A DNA stretch of 64,000 nucleotides, taken from Massalongia carnosa. Taxonomy: Eukaryota. Both the position numbers and the translations under genes were made by a program. The first letter of the stretch is position 1. Every line of letters begins with the position of its first letter. This document shows positions 26,391 to 39,640 of this stretch, one piece after another. The DNA lies in NCBI GenBank assembly GCA_965645245.1, contig OZ287073.1, positions 248,001 to 312,000 on the forward strand. The letters are read 5' to 3'. The notes under the pieces were generated by a model. The model was not told where the DNA came from. It saw only the letters and a list, made by a program, of their open reading frames with translations, and did no database searches.

Positions 26391-29370
26391 AATTTTTAGA
26401 GAAAGTTAATAAACTTTCTAATAGAGCGAGGTTTCTTATCCCTCACCAAAAAAAAACCGGTCTTTTCGTCCGAGTTTCTTACTAGCCGAGGTTTCTTAAG
26501 CAGCAGTTTCTTATAACCCGATCTGACTGTACCTTGAAAGACGAGATTAGAGAACGTTTAAAACAGGCTTTTAAGGTCTATGAGGAGGCAGAAGGGTCGT
26601 TATCTATTACGCAAGCTGCTTGGCTCCATGCGGTACCGAAAACAACATTGTATCGCAGGATAAACGGTCGCCAGGACCAGGTATCGTACGTTACCTCAAA
26701 GCAGAGGTTAATGCCCGAGGAGGAGGATCTCTTCAGAGTTGGGTGCTACAACTTCAGTCTTAGGGATTTCCGCCTAGAATAGCGCAGTTACGCGAAATGG
26801 CAGAAGAATTATTACGAGCCAAACAGGATTTGAAAGAACTGGGCAAAAACTGGTCAGAAAAATTCCTCAACCGTCATCCTATAATACAGTCGAAATATAG
26901 CCGTACGCTTGATCAAGAACGGTATTTAGCTCAAAATCGGGATTCATTACAGCAGTGGTTCGATCTGTATCTGTCTATTAAGGCCCAACATGGTATATTG
27001 GACGAGGATACATACAACATGGATGAAAACGGTTATATGATGGGTATTGCGGGGAGTTCAAAGGTGATATTTTCAAAATAATAGAAACAGGCATTTATAA
27101 ATCAAGCTGGTAATCGGGAATGGGCGTCCCTCATTGAAGCTATTGGTACCACTGGTCGTCGATTACCGTTATTTGTTATTTTAAAGGGTAAGAGATGGAA
27201 AGATGATTGGTATCCTAGTAATATGGAACCGGGTACTCGTATTTCCATAAGTGAAAACGGCTGGACTAATAACAAGCTCTGTATGGAGTGGATGCGTGAC
27301 TGTTTTGAGCCAACAACAAGAGCTTACCTCCGTGGTAAATATCGAATGTTAATTGTTGACGGGCATGCATCTCATGTGTCGACTGAATTTATCCGATTTA
27401 CCCGGGAACATAAAATAGTTTGTCTATGTCTATCAGCACACTCAACACACTTATTACAGCCTCTTGATGTTGGGGTATTTGACCCTTTAAAACAAAACTA
27501 TAAAACGTTGCTAGCTGAGAAAACATGGTTTACAACCTACAATATCGACAAGGCTGATTTCATTTCTTTAATACAAAAAGCTAGGCAACAAGGTATTACT
27601 GCTCGAAATATACAATCAGCATGGCGAGCTACTGGACTTATTCCATACAATCCTTCCGCTCTCTTAGACAAAATATCAGCTAAGCCTCATACGAACGATG
27701 ACACTCTACCTGATGCTAGTACTCCTATTCAAACGCGTTATCTTTCAGGCTAAATACCACCAACACCAGGAAACATAGAACAAGTCTTAGAGGTTGAGGA
27801 GCATATACTACTATTTCGCCATCAGACTCTCGATTCCCCTAAGCTTACTATTCTACAAAAACCCTTAAAGCAGCTAGACTTGCTATGGCTGATCGTATTG
27901 TCTTGAATCGTACTAATACGGAGCTTTTGGCAGCCAATACACGAAAAAAACAACGAGCTCAACGTACGGGCACTCAATACGATGGTCAAGGGGATCGCTT
28001 ATTGAGTTTAGAAGATGTAGAGAAAAGAAGACAACTAGCTGAAAATAAGAAAAAGGAGAAAGAGGCTAGATCACAGGTAAGGAAAGAAAAACAGAACGAT
28101 CGACTATTTTCTCAGGTATCTAAAGACCTAATGCGACTTGGACCCGACCTGATATACGGGCCTTATCTCGTAACGTCTCGATCTTTACCTAAAAATAAGC
28201 AACGAGACGATTCTATCTTTCAAAACGCTTTTCACGACCTTCTTCACATAATACCTCATATTTTTGAGGAGACAGTTGAGGGTGACCTAGGGTTTAAAAA
28301 AACTGCTCTGAATAAAGGAAAATGTATATCAAGAAAGAAATATACCACTGAGTTGGTACAGGGTGATGTGGAAATAGTAGGAAATGGGGAGAAGGAGGAA
28401 GTTTTAGAGGTTCGGGTTAGCTCGCGCGGTCGTGTCATTCGTAACACTCGTAAATTGTAGCTCTACAGGCTTATGCCTACATATATTCTCTAGAACCTGT
28501 TCATCAATTCCCGAGTATATGTGCTGGAAGTTTTGTGGATGCGGCGGTGATAATAAATTACGAAGGTTGGTATCAAATTTGTTAGTTCCGAAGAAGCGGG
28601 TGTTCCGAATAGCGGTGAATTACGTTAGGCCGAGATGAAGGCCTTCAAGCAGTATAAAGAGGCCGTGATTCCTCATGTAATTTAGCTATTCAGTCGTTCA
28701 GAATTCAGTTCAGCAGATAGCTAAATTTGGAGTATCTTCACTGGAAATACGGAGTACCTGCATCACGTTTGCCAAACACTTCTCTTTGCCTATCCTTGAT
28801 AGCCCTAGACCCTCTTCTCCTGTATCCCGCTGCCGTATGCCTGGTTGGTTTTTGTTCAACAGTCGGTATAGGTTGTCTTCTATCCCTCTCGCCGAAACGC
28901 CGGCATCGTTCATCAGGAACAAACCCTTTCCGCATGCAAAATGAGAGAGAGATGTCAGCATATACTCGAAATGAATAATACTTCGCGATTCTTCTTTGAT
29001 ATCAAATTGTGAAAATAACATCTTCAATCTCATCTCGCCTGTCATTGTTTACTTCTCCTCTGCTCCTTCCTTCTCTCCTCCTACTTCTGCCTTCACACCT
29101 CTCTTTCCACACTTCCTTGAGTTGATTATCCTTCACTTGATTTCATATTGCCATCGCATAATCCATGCATCCGACATCAGAGCCAGCAACTTGTGTAAGT
29201 CCCGGAGCCAATTCACATAGTTTTCCTCAGGGTCGCCTGCATCCGACTTCCTACATCCAATGTCGTCGGGATAAGTGCCAATAATGTGGATTGCGACGAC
29301 ACTACAGATTATTAGCGTCGGTAGAAGAGGCCCTCCGAATGATGTTGAATGGATGTCCTGTACATTAAAG

Positions 29371-29756
29371 TGTTAATGTTAGCCTGTGTTAGCCTGTGGT
29401 CAGGTTGGTGACAGCGATTACCCAATTAGGCTAGCTTACATTTTAGGAGTTCAGGTAAAATCTCTGCAGATAGTAAACAAATAAACTATTATTGAACTTG
29501 ATTTATTGATCTAAGCTCTTGGTGATTAGAGAATGATTTACGTTTTAGATAGACACTTGGAATTGACACTTGGAATTGAGGTGATGATTGCTTGCATTGA
29601 AAGGATTTTCCCCAATTCTCTCAGTTGCTAAGTTTCTTAGAATGTTGTGGTTCGGTTAATAGATCACCGTATCCGAGCTACATATCGCTTACTGCTTGGC
29701 CACTCCCTTCCAAATATTCGTATCATGCACCAAGGTTATCAATTCTCTCTCCAATA
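29371..29756 (+). repeat. Solo Copia-1-type LTR carrying an inverted Copia-3-type LTR fragment (~29487-29704)
   Basis: Outer part matches 4561-4743, flanks TAAAG/TGAAG. Inner part is the reverse complement of most of 50611-50812. Confidence 0.88.
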
Positions 29757-31704
29757 TGAAGGAGCTCTCGTATGTATTCCTAGTCAAGACTCTGATTGAA
29801 CAAAGCCTGCTCAAAGCCGCTCTCAATAGTTATGATCCCGATGACTAACTGAGACCTTAATAGTAATTCCGCATGTACGCCATCTCAAGAATATTGCTAC
29901 TTCTCCGTTTTCTTTACTCTGTACTCGATACTCAAACACACACCACCTCGGATGGAGATCATGAACCAAATCGCAAAGAGTTTATGTTGGAATAATCGCA
30001 TAGCCCTATGAGTTCTAGCTCAGCCCTGCAAGCAGTCACCTCCGTAGTAATTTCAACATTATGCCGTCAACTGTTCATGTACAAGTCGCAAGTGAAGCGC
30101 TAGATACTCAAAGGCGTGGAAAGTACTTGACGCGAATACAGCGAAAAGGCTTCTATAGAGTACGGAGTAGCAAGAGTTAGTTCTGCAATGAAGCAAAGGA
30201 TGTGTGTGTGAATATTTACCTCAGGTTATGAAAGACTCATTCAATCAAGGACAGGGTATCTGTTTTATTTATCACTTCATACTCTCGAGTTCTAGGGTCT
30301 CTTCGAGCACGAATTGACACTGAATCGCCCTCAATTTCTCCGGTGGAAATCTCAAGAGACCTGATACTTTCACAGACGAATCAAATACACAATTGCTCTC
30401 CCTCTCTTAAGTTTGCCGATGGGAATCACACTCTTCTAGCACTACAACTAAGATAAAGGTCACTCCTTGATTTTTCTCTTCAAAGATAGGTCATTGTGAT
30501 TTGAAAGTCATGTGAATACGTTGCTCTGGGGGCAGTGTTGCTTCAATCTTCAGTGATCTTCTCCTTCCTTATTACACTATCTGCACCTCGACTTGATTTC
30601 CGTCCGATTTTCATCTCTATTCGCAGTTGAAGGTTTGTCTTATATCTATCAATTGTGTCGAGCACAAGCCAGCGCCCTGCAAAGCCAATCAAGACAATTA
30701 AAGTGATAGGAAGAACTGACGTTGGAAAGGCAACCCTCATAGGCCAGCTCATGTATAGGCTATGCACACAAACTACATCAGGTTCCCGTGGCTAATAATG
30801 GTAGTGCGATGTAATACATTTGATCTTAGTAGATCAGGTAGAAAGAAATGGGATTCATAAGTTCACATAAATCATCTTGTCGACAATAATATGGAAATGT
30901 CTTTCCAGACAAGGCGATTCAGCTTTTCTTTCATCAATGCATCTAATACTCCCGCCTTACCGTCAATTACTGATTCAGTTGACTATACGATGTGCATCAT
31001 TGATGCCGAAGCTGTATCGACGAACTTGTCAGATATATTTGTTGCCACCAAGGTTGGCAAAATCAAGAAGTTAATCGTCCTTGTGAATAAAATTTTTGTA
31101 TAGTAATTCCGGTCCTTAACAGCGCTATATTAACATTCTCAGGGACAGATTAGATTGACCTGAGAAAGTTTACGTCAAACTTGGCAAAGCTACTGCTTTG
31201 ACGCTGAGGGGATGGGACTTGATTTTGATAGGTACACGTGTTTCTCATTTATTCCATTATCAATGTTTAATATAAATATCATCAGCACTTCTATGATATC
31301 GATTACGGCTTTACTCGGCGATAACATTATCGAGCCATCTGACAATTTATCTTGGTTTTCCTCGACTACTTAAGGTCTCCGAATCCTAATCGTCGGCCTC
31401 GCTTAGCCGCCTCCATACGAGGTGTACCACCTCTAGTCGGGGAAAGCGGTCTGCATAGGCAAGCGGTCTGCGTAGTTTCAATTCCAGGATTTGTCTAAAT
31501 TCACTCATTTTACCACCTATTTTGCAGCTTTTTGCAACACTTCTCGACCGCAGCCTACGACCGTTAGCTGTCATTATTCATACCATAGATAGATATCAAC
31601 TGCATATCCTAACTGCTCATTTATCAACCGGGAATACATTATATTTTTTCCAATTTCACCAGTTTTATCACCTATTTACAACTCATTTGCGACGCCGTCT
31701 CATC

Positions 31705-34700
31705 ATGATTTGAACAGAAGCCGGAGATACGGAGGACGCGATGAATATTCAACTCGAAAACACGTTCGTGATCGCGCACGCGGAGCAGAGAGATCAATTG
31801 CTGTACAAGATAGATGAATATCTGATGGGCCGAGGGGAACCGGAGGGAACAGGGATTCTAGAGGAGGTGAAAAAATTTCTCGATAATCAGAGAAGCATCG
31901 ACAACGACAACGAAAACATACCGAAGCCCATTCACGACACCCTGACTGAAATACAAAGAAGTCTAGCCCATATCGAAAGTGCTAAGACAGCCACAACAAC
32001 CACAAACAGCTATTCCGCAGCCGCCACCAGAGGTCAAGCCTCCGAGGCCCCCCCGATTCCCCGCCGCACCAAGCCAATCACTTCTTCAAAACAAACCGAA
32101 CCCTTACCACAAGAAGTACGTCAGGCAATGACCGTAGTCATTTCCAGCGCAAGCGACAAGGAAAAAATAAAGAACATGCCCACAAAATATCTCGTGGAGA
32201 CACTACAAGCAGAAACGGAGGGGATTCGGGGAGTATCGCGACTCATCAGCGGAGATCTCAAACTTCACACTGAATCACTAGAAGTCAAAAAGACTCTACA
32301 AGAAAAGTCGGAATGGACCCGAAAAATAGCCGACTCAGCGGCGATTAAGACACGGACAAACTCGGTCAGAGTAAATAGTGTCAAGATGGAACACATCAAA
32401 ACCGCCAACCAATCGCAGGCCATAGGGTACCTGCAGACCGCTAACGAACGCCTGCACCCGGACCTGCTGATAAAGATCATGTCCCAACCCCACCGCCTGC
32501 GGTCACTGTGCTAGGGCTCACCCTAGCACCGAATGCAACATGGAAACAACAGGTAGATATCGAAGATGTGCTGCATGCAGTGAAAAGGGACACGAAGCCT
32601 GGTCAATATCCTGCGAAATCAGGAAAGTCGAAAAACGCGTAGCAGAGAGGGCCATGCAAAAACGGGTCCCATTCTACCCAGTAGTCGCCCCCGTACCGGC
32701 CCCGTTTAGATTCCAGAGCGAAAACATCAACCCGGTCCTTGGCAGCACAAACAGCAAAAAGAAGAAAACCGCACCCCCCTCCGATACCCCCCCGAAACCC
32801 CCACGAACGGGAACATCCTGGGCTGACACGGGCATCATGAATCCACAAAAAATGACAAAGGCCCTTGCAAAACCAGTTGTAGGTAGACCGCCACTCAGAC
32901 CCCGAGCTGTATCTACTGCCCGGCGATAATCAGAGCAAACAATACCACTAACGACCCCTCGACCTCCCAGGCCGAATCAATGGACGTCCTATGAGGGACA
33001 CGAAATCTCTCTCTATATTGCAGTACAATGTCAGAAATGACAGAGTGATACAATGTTACCCCTCTTAGCCGATCCAAAAACTCAAGACTATGACATTATC
33101 GCAATTCAGGAACCCTGGCGCAATCCATCTATTCCTACCACGTTAAGCTCTCATCAAAGTGGGTTTCATTTATTATATCGCCCAAATGGAGACACCGGAG
33201 TATGTTTCTACATAAATGATACTATTGACCCTGATAGCTGGGAAGTAGAGTATCCGTCGGCCGACATGTGCACCCTAAAAATTCGAATGAAAATTGGAAC
33301 CACATCAGACGTGATCCACATCCACAATGTGTATAATCCCTCTCCCATTTCCTATTCTTCTATAGATAGTCCGTCCACGCTAGCAAAAGTGAAACGCCAA
33401 TTAATTGCAGAGACAAACCACATTTTACTGGGCGACTTCAACCTACATCATCCATTGTGGAATCATTCGCAACATGCGGAGTTGGAACAATTATTGAACA
33501 TAATTGAAGAGGCAAATCTATTACTACACTTCCAAAAGGCACCATTACCTAGGAGGCTAGACAATCGTCTAGCACAATCGATCTTGTATTCATGTCAGAA
33601 GAATTAACGGATAGACTAGAACATTGCATGTCAAGACTGGAACTCAATCAGTCGTCCGATCACATTCCGATCTCCACCCGAATTGCGCTGAACAGTGAGG
33701 TTCAAACAATCAGAGAACGCAGGGCCTGGAAACTGACGAACATGAGAAAACTGAGAGAAGCGGAAAAGAGGGCGCCCCCCTCGAAGACCCCCCGATCCCC
33801 CGCCGAAATCGATGCCTACACCGTGTCAATTCAAAACTTTCTTCAAGAAGTGATAGAAACCTCTGTACCTTGGGCTAGACCCAGTAAGTACGCCAAACCC
33901 TTTTGGAATGATGAATGCAGTGTGATCACGAAAGAAACTCGTGGGCTCAGACGTGTCTGGTCCAATTCCAGAGACATTTCTGATTGGATAACATACACAA
34001 AATCCAATCTCAGAAAACAAAAAATCGTTCAAAAGGCTAAAAGACAGTCGTTCCGCAAGGAAATAGAAAAAGCCACCGAATCGCCTACTTGTCTCTGGGG
34101 ACTAGCCAAATGGGCGAAAGACAAAAGTGACCAGACAAGAGAAATTCCCAAAATGCCCAATCTCGTTCGAGACGACCAAGTAGCAGAGACGTTCGAGGAG
34201 AAATCGGACATGCTAAAACAGAAATTCTTTCCACCCGCCCCTCCGGCCGACCTCAGCGACATAGAGGGTTCATTTTACCCCACCCTCCACAATATCCAAT
34301 GATCATAACCAAACTAGAGGTGATAGAAGCCATACGCCGACTCAAGCCCGATTCGGCCCCGGGTCCGGACGGAATAGCCAATAGAATTGTGAAGGCATGC
34401 TCGGAAAAGCTAGTCGAATTACTCACCCTACTGTTTCAAGCATGTGTAGAACAAGCATATCATCCTCGTGCATTCAAAACCGCTAACACAATCACACTCA
34501 AGAAAACAGGCAAGGATGACTATTCGGCCCCGAACGACTATCGACCCATAGCACTCCTAAACACGCTTGGAAAAGTAATGGAATCTATCATGTCACAAAA
34601 ATTAACCCATCTAGCGGAAACCCACCGACTCCTGCCCGACACCAAGATGGGCGCCAGACGAGGAAGATCAACCGAATCTGCACTAGAATTGTTGACTGAA

Positions 34701-35294
34701 CAAATTCATACAGTGTGGGGCCAAGGCACAAACAAAGTAGCCACATTATTGAGCATGGATGTAGCAGGAGCCTATGACACAGTGACACATCGAAGACTGA
34801 TTCATAATCTTCGCAAAAGGAAAATCCCAAAATGGATCACTGACTGGGTGAACAGTTTTCTGAATGAAAGAAGCACTACCCTGGCGATTCACATCCGAGT
34901 CACGGGCATATTCGATGTATAAACCGGAATCTCACAAGGCTCCCCCATTTCTCCTATTCTTTATCTGTTCTACAATACAGACATATGTGAAGACCAGGCC
35001 GCAACACGAGTGCTCTAGGCTTCGTAGATGACATCAATGTGCTAGTATACGGAAAAAGCACCGAAGAAAATTGCAAGACGCTAGAGGTAATTCACAAAAA
35101 ATGTGAAAATGGGCAAGTCGACATGGTTCAGTCTTCGCTCCGAAGAAATACGAACTGATACATCTGTCAAGAAATCCGAAGAAATTTATCATGTTCACTG
35201 TTATTCAAATAGGAAATAACATCATAAAACTAAAGACAGAAATCAGAATTATAGGACTTCAAATCTATTCAAAATTGAAATGGGGTGCTTACAC
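31705..35294 (+). mobile_element. Tad1-like LINE, ORF1 plus ORF2 (AP endonuclease-RT), 3'-truncated and frameshifted
   Basis: ORF1 with Cys/His knuckles (CGHCARAH…C, CAACSEKGHEAWSISC). ORF2 from ~32991: LQYN, IQEPW, GDFNLHHPLW, SDH, APGPDG, YRPIALL, DVAGAYD, QGSPISP, FVDD; ends at the Gypsy LTR. Confidence 0.93.
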
Positions 35295-35880
35295 TGTGGA
35301 AGGATGAACTGGGTGGTGTGCGTGGTCCACTACTGCTAGGAGTGCAAGAGAACAAACAAACAAGAGAAGAACAGAACAATAGAATAAGAACAATAGCTAG
35401 ACTGATCACTGTAAGCCTCGCGCCTCTTGCCTCATGCCTCGTGCCTGTGAACTGTATGTGTTGATGCTATGTGTTGTAGCTATTGCTACGAGCATGCTTG
35501 CTCTAAAAGGAAAAGAACTATCTATAACTAAACTAAAACAAAGACTGTCACCTGACTTCCCCGCTACCTTTACCGAATATCAGCCGAAAAGAACCAACTC
35601 CCGAACCGCTAGCAATTTGAATTTAGAGTATCACCGCTCCACCCCCCTACATAGTTCCCCTCTCTCTTTAGGTGTCGACCCCTGAAACCTATCACTGTTC
35701 CTACTCCAGCGTTCGCTTCATTCCGGCCTCAGCAAACACTAACTCCTCCTCATCCAGCTCGGGTCCCGGAGTCGTATCAATGTCATCAGAGATATGAGGA
35801 ATAGGCCTGCCATGTGACTCTCGCTTTAACCGAAAAGATGACCTAGTCCCAAAGTCCTCTTCCTCTGCTTTCTTCACATG

Positions 35881-36216
35881 CTAAAACATAATAATGGCCT
35901 CCTTTAGTGTCCGATTCCTCCATTCTCCAACTGCCCGTGACAGTTGGGCCATATTCACCTCCTCAATAACATCTTCTCGTTGAGCTTTGAACTCTTCTTC
36001 TCTCATCACCGAGGCCCAGGCATCATTCTGTATGACATAGTCATAATAGTCCACTATGCTATCCCCTAGCATATGCTGGAACCCTATTAGCTGCGATTCT
36101 ATGGTCCTCTGTCCCTCGTATCGGTCTGCTGGGGTCAATGTCTCAAGAAAAGCTAGTGCGTCTGTCATGTGGTGGAAGCGGTCATTTCCTAGGACAATGA
36201 CCAATTGGAAAGACAT
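35881..36216 (-). CDS. Additional ORF of unknown function between integrase and 3' LTR
   Basis: ATG-initiated 111 aa, acidic and helical-looking, co-oriented with pol, inside element boundaries. Confidence 0.5.
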   Translation of the reverse strand: MSFQLVIVLGNDRFHHMTDALAFLETLTPADRYEGQRTIESQLIGFQHMLGDSIVDYYDYVIQNDAWASVMREEEFKAQREDVIEEVNMAQLSRAVGEWRNRTLKEAIIMF

Positions 36217-36736
36217 GCCAAAAGATGTAAGGCAAGTAAGGTAAGATAAATTGTTCCAAGTTATCGAGTAGCTTGCTGACTTTCGCTTAGATAAGAAGTT
36301 GAGCTTAGCAGAGATGTTTGCTGATAGGAAGATAGTATATGTGCTGATCAGGTAGGTAGTAAAAGCTAGATAATTTGCTGAGTTCTGGTAGTATAGAAAA
36401 GGTAAAACATGGAGGTGAGGATTCGGAAGATGGCAATTTCGACTAAGGTTGGTGAAGTTTTCGGTGAATTTTGGTAAGTGTGAAATGAAACTATTCCGAA
36501 GGTTCGTGTGCTTCCTCCGCTGACAATATGCATTTTACTAAGGAAACTCGTTCGATATAGGTAGTCGGATATGTCAATTTTCCACCGTCTCCATCGCATC
36601 AGCACGTCTGCTAGGAATCACTACTGCCATTGGCCAGCCAGGTGGAATCATGGACTGTCGGTCGTCCTCGTCCCCCCCATGGTTTATAGTCGGCCCCTGA
36701 CTATTATGTTGCCCAGGTTCTTCTATCGGAGGTAAG

Positions 36737-39640
36737 TTAAATATTTTGCCGAGCATGAAATGGTTTCAGTCGATTTCCTGCAAAGGTTACAGCTAATAGG
36801 GTGCCGTCTAGTTCACATAGTTTGTAAGTTCCCTTATCAACAATTGTTTGTTGAATTTTATATGGTTCTAACCACCTGAAAGTTAGTTTGCCTGTGTGCT
36901 GATTGTCTAATTTAGTGTCGTGCAAAAGAATTAATTGACCCTCGGTGAGTTCAATTGATCTCAGATTGTTCAGAGTGTCAAAGGTCTCTTTGCCTTCCAT
37001 TCTTTGTCTTTGCAGGAATAAAGCTGTCTCTTCCATGTCTTCATCCCTTCGCTGTATTTGTCTCGCACGCATAGCTAGCAATTCGTCTGTTGTATGAACT
37101 TCATTCCATGGTAATATTCTCCATGTTGGAATTTCCAGTTCAATTGGTAGAACAGCCTCATTGCCACTATTCAGATAGAAAGGTGTGTTGCCGGTGCTAG
37201 CACGAACTGTTGTCCGGTCGGCCCATAGTACTGCAGGAAGATTATCAACCCATTTGCCCATGCCTCCATTTGTCATTTTGGATAATGCTTGAACAACTGG
37301 CCGATGTCCCCGTTCTATCATGCCATTGGCTTGCGGATGATAGGCAGAAAAAACTACTCTTTTGATACTATATCGATTTGCTAATTCGATAACAGCATCT
37401 TTGTTTTCTGGTCCACCATCAACAATCAGTTTTCCGAAGCACCCATGTCTGCATATAACATCTTCCCACAAGAATCTCGCGACATTCTGAGCGGTAGCTT
37501 TTCCTAGTGCTCTACCCTCGACCCATCCGGAAAAGTCATCTCTGGCCATAACAATATAGTGCTTGCCTCGACAAGCTGGCATGTGTACCACGTCTAAGCC
37601 AACCTTCTGCCACATGAAGGTAACCCATGTCGGATGAAGTGCTTCCTCGAGCCTAGTGGGGTCACGTTTCTGACATTCCTCGCAGGACCGAACATAGCCT
37701 TTTACATCATCGTGCAATTGTTCCCACCAGTACCTGTCTGCTATGTGTCTGTATGTGCCCTCTCTGCCTCTATGTCCACTTTCGTCATGTAGCTGTTTCA
37801 ATATTTCCAACTTCCGCTCATCAGAGTCTATCACTCGCCTGGAAGGTACGTTCTTGCTGTTTCGTCTATAAAGATGGCCATCTTGTACTCGATAGCGCAA
37901 GGCCTCGCTCTTAAACGCCCTAAACTCTTTGCGGTTTAGTCCAACCGGCTTTTGTAGTGATGTTAGAAATGCAGCGATTCTCTCGGACTTATCACTATAT
38001 CCGGCCGTTAGCACTTTTTCGTCTGGCACCTCGTCTGCGGAGTTAACGGAAATTGGACAGGCCCTTAGTGAATTCAGTTCGGCATCTATGAAGTCGTCTA
38101 TGTCTTGCTCCTGCTGTTCGGCCCGAATTTCTTCCTCAGTATGAGGTCGTCTAGACAGTCCATCTGCTGCCGTATGTTTTCGGCCAGCAACATGTTTGAC
38201 CTCGATGTCAAACAGTCGTATCCATGCTATCCATCGGACTATCAGAGCACCAGGAAAATCGGTACAAGCTCCATTCAATTGCGCCACTAGGACGTTGGCG
38301 TCTGTCTCCAACACAAAGTGAACTCCATATAGCCAGTGCCTTGTCTTTTTCAATGCCTTTAGAACGCCTCGACACTCTCGCTTGGTTGCATCATATCGCT
38401 GTTCCACCTCGCTCCATACTCCGCTTTCGTACCGAATGGGGTGACGCTTGCAATCAAAGATTTGCATCAGTACAGCGCCCCATCCTTTCAAACTCGCATC
38501 CACAGCCAATATGATAAGTCCAGCTAGCTCGCTATAGTCAATGGTCTTTAGTGCTGGCGGAGATGTCAGAGCTATCTTCAGCAAGTCCATTGCCTCGGTT
38601 TGTTCCATGCACCATACAAAAGCAGCATCTTTCTTCAGCAGACGATATATTGGTTCAGCAACAATGGCAAAGTCCAATATCCATAGGCGATAGTACACAC
38701 ACACACCTATAAAAGCACGACCGGAAGAAGCGTCGGTGGATATCGGCCACTCTAGAATTTTGATGACCTTAGCGGTGTCCGGATGTCTACCATCGGAATC
38801 GGTCACAAATCCTACTATCTTCAGACCGGCCATGCAAAATTGCGATTTTTCTCCGGAGATAGTGCATCCAGCCCTTTCTATGTCCGCGAGTACCCCATCT
38901 AGCCACGTGAGATGTTCAAGCACGTACTTTCTGATGCCCGGTGCCACTTCTTCACCACCATAGTCAGTCTTCGGCCCCTTCACTCCGATGTCATCAAGGA
39001 AAGGTTTAGCACGATTCGGAATGTGGTCCTGCAGTATCTTTGTCACTACCCGTACGAACTGTGCAACCGAATTGGTAGCTCCCATTGGTATAGATGTCAT
39101 TCGCAATAGTCCTGTTGGTGTCATGAAGGCGGTCATGTCTCGACTATGAACATCGAGTTCCATTTGGTCATATCCTGAAAACAAGTCGATCAAGGAAGCG
39201 ATGTGGCAGCCAGCAAAGTCCTCTGAGAATTCGTCTACCGAAGGTGGCAGATTTGCGTCTCGGATGGTCACTTTGTTCATGTCTAGGGCCGCATTAATTA
39301 ATCGGTACTTATTTTTCTCTTTCTTCTTCACTATGAACCATGGATTTCGATAGGGACCATGACAAGGTTCCAACGTTCCTCGCTGCAGTCGGTCCTTCAG
39401 CATCTCTATCACCATCGGTACCAGGGCCTTTGGCAATGGGAATGATGGGGTCTGCCATGCCTCGTGTAGAATGGTGTTGATTTTACATGGTGGAGACACC
39501 TCAGGTTTGACTCTGCCCATCTCGGAAAACTCCCATGACAGCGCTGCTTCTCGGTTGTATAACATCTGGGTCAACACTTCTTTCTCAGCAGACGTCATAC
39601 TGTCGCCCACTGTCATTCGCTGCAGCCGTTCCGGTGTCAA
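36737..39640 (-). CDS. Gypsy-2 RT-RNase H-integrase
   Basis: PMGATNS, FLDD, VDAS…GWGAVL, ETDA, ADGLSR, HDESGH…CEEC, VDGGPE, HPQANGMIER. Confidence 0.93.
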   Translation of the reverse strand: MTPERLQRMTVGDSMTSAEKEVLTQMLYNREAALSWEFSEMGRVKPEVSPPCKINTILHEAWQTPSFPLPKALVPMVIEMLKDRLQRGTLEPCHGPYRNPWFIVKKKEKNKYRLINAALDMNKVTIRDANLPPSVDEFSEDFAGCHIASLIDLFSGYDQMELDVHSRDMTAFMTPTGLLRMTSIPMGATNSVAQFVRVVTKILQDHIPNRAKPFLDDIGVKGPKTDYGGEEVAPGIRKYVLEHLTWLDGVLADIERAGCTISGEKSQFCMAGLKIVGFVTDSDGRHPDTAKVIKILEWPISTDASSGRAFIGVCVYYRLWILDFAIVAEPIYRLLKKDAAFVWCMEQTEAMDLLKIALTSPPALKTIDYSELAGLIILAVDASLKGWGAVLMQIFDCKRHPIRYESGVWSEVEQRYDATKRECRGVLKALKKTRHWLYGVHFVLETDANVLVAQLNGACTDFPGALIVRWIAWIRLFDIEVKHVAGRKHTAADGLSRRPHTEEEIRAEQQEQDIDDFIDAELNSLRACPISVNSADEVPDEKVLTAGYSDKSERIAAFLTSLQKPVGLNRKEFRAFKSEALRYRVQDGHLYRRNSKNVPSRRVIDSDERKLEILKQLHDESGHRGREGTYRHIADRYWWEQLHDDVKGYVRSCEECQKRDPTRLEEALHPTWVTFMWQKVGLDVVHMPACRGKHYIVMARDDFSGWVEGRALGKATAQNVARFLWEDVICRHGCFGKLIVDGGPENKDAVIELANRYSIKRVVFSAYHPQANGMIERGHRPVVQALSKMTNGGMGKWVDNLPAVLWADRTTVRASTGNTPFYLNSGNEAVLPIELEIPTWRILPWNEVHTTDELLAMRARQIQRRDEDMEETALFLQRQRMEGKETFDTLNNLRSIELTEGQLILLHDTKLDNQHTGKLTFRWLEPYKIQQTIVDKGTYKLCELDGTLLAVTFAGNRLKPFHARQNI

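Larger units (their letters stand above)
23553..26529 (-). mobile_element. Inner Tc1/mariner (pogo/CENP-B-like) DNA transposon
   Basis: 25-bp TIRs CAGTCAGATCGGGTTATAAGAAACT; TA TSD at 23551-23552 and 26530-26531. Confidence 0.92.
23504..28460 (+). pseudogene. Fot1-like DDD transposase, split by inner transposon and decayed
   Basis: ATG 23504 (MASSRQFRVTKSGLRN) continues in frame at 26532 (TLKDEIRE…). HTH (VPKTTLYRR), NMDENG, LIVDGHASH, HLLQPLDVGVF; several stops and frameshifts. Confidence 0.92.
23327..28625 (+). mobile_element. Fot1/pogo-type Tc1/mariner DNA transposon (outer)
   Basis: TIRs ACGTAATTCACC..TATTCGGAACACCCGCTT.TTCGGAAC at both ends; TA TSD at 23325-23326 and 28626-28627. Confidence 0.93.

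Noticed and set aside
28710..29045. 111-aa minus-strand ORF
   Set aside because: No recognisable domain or supporting gene structure.
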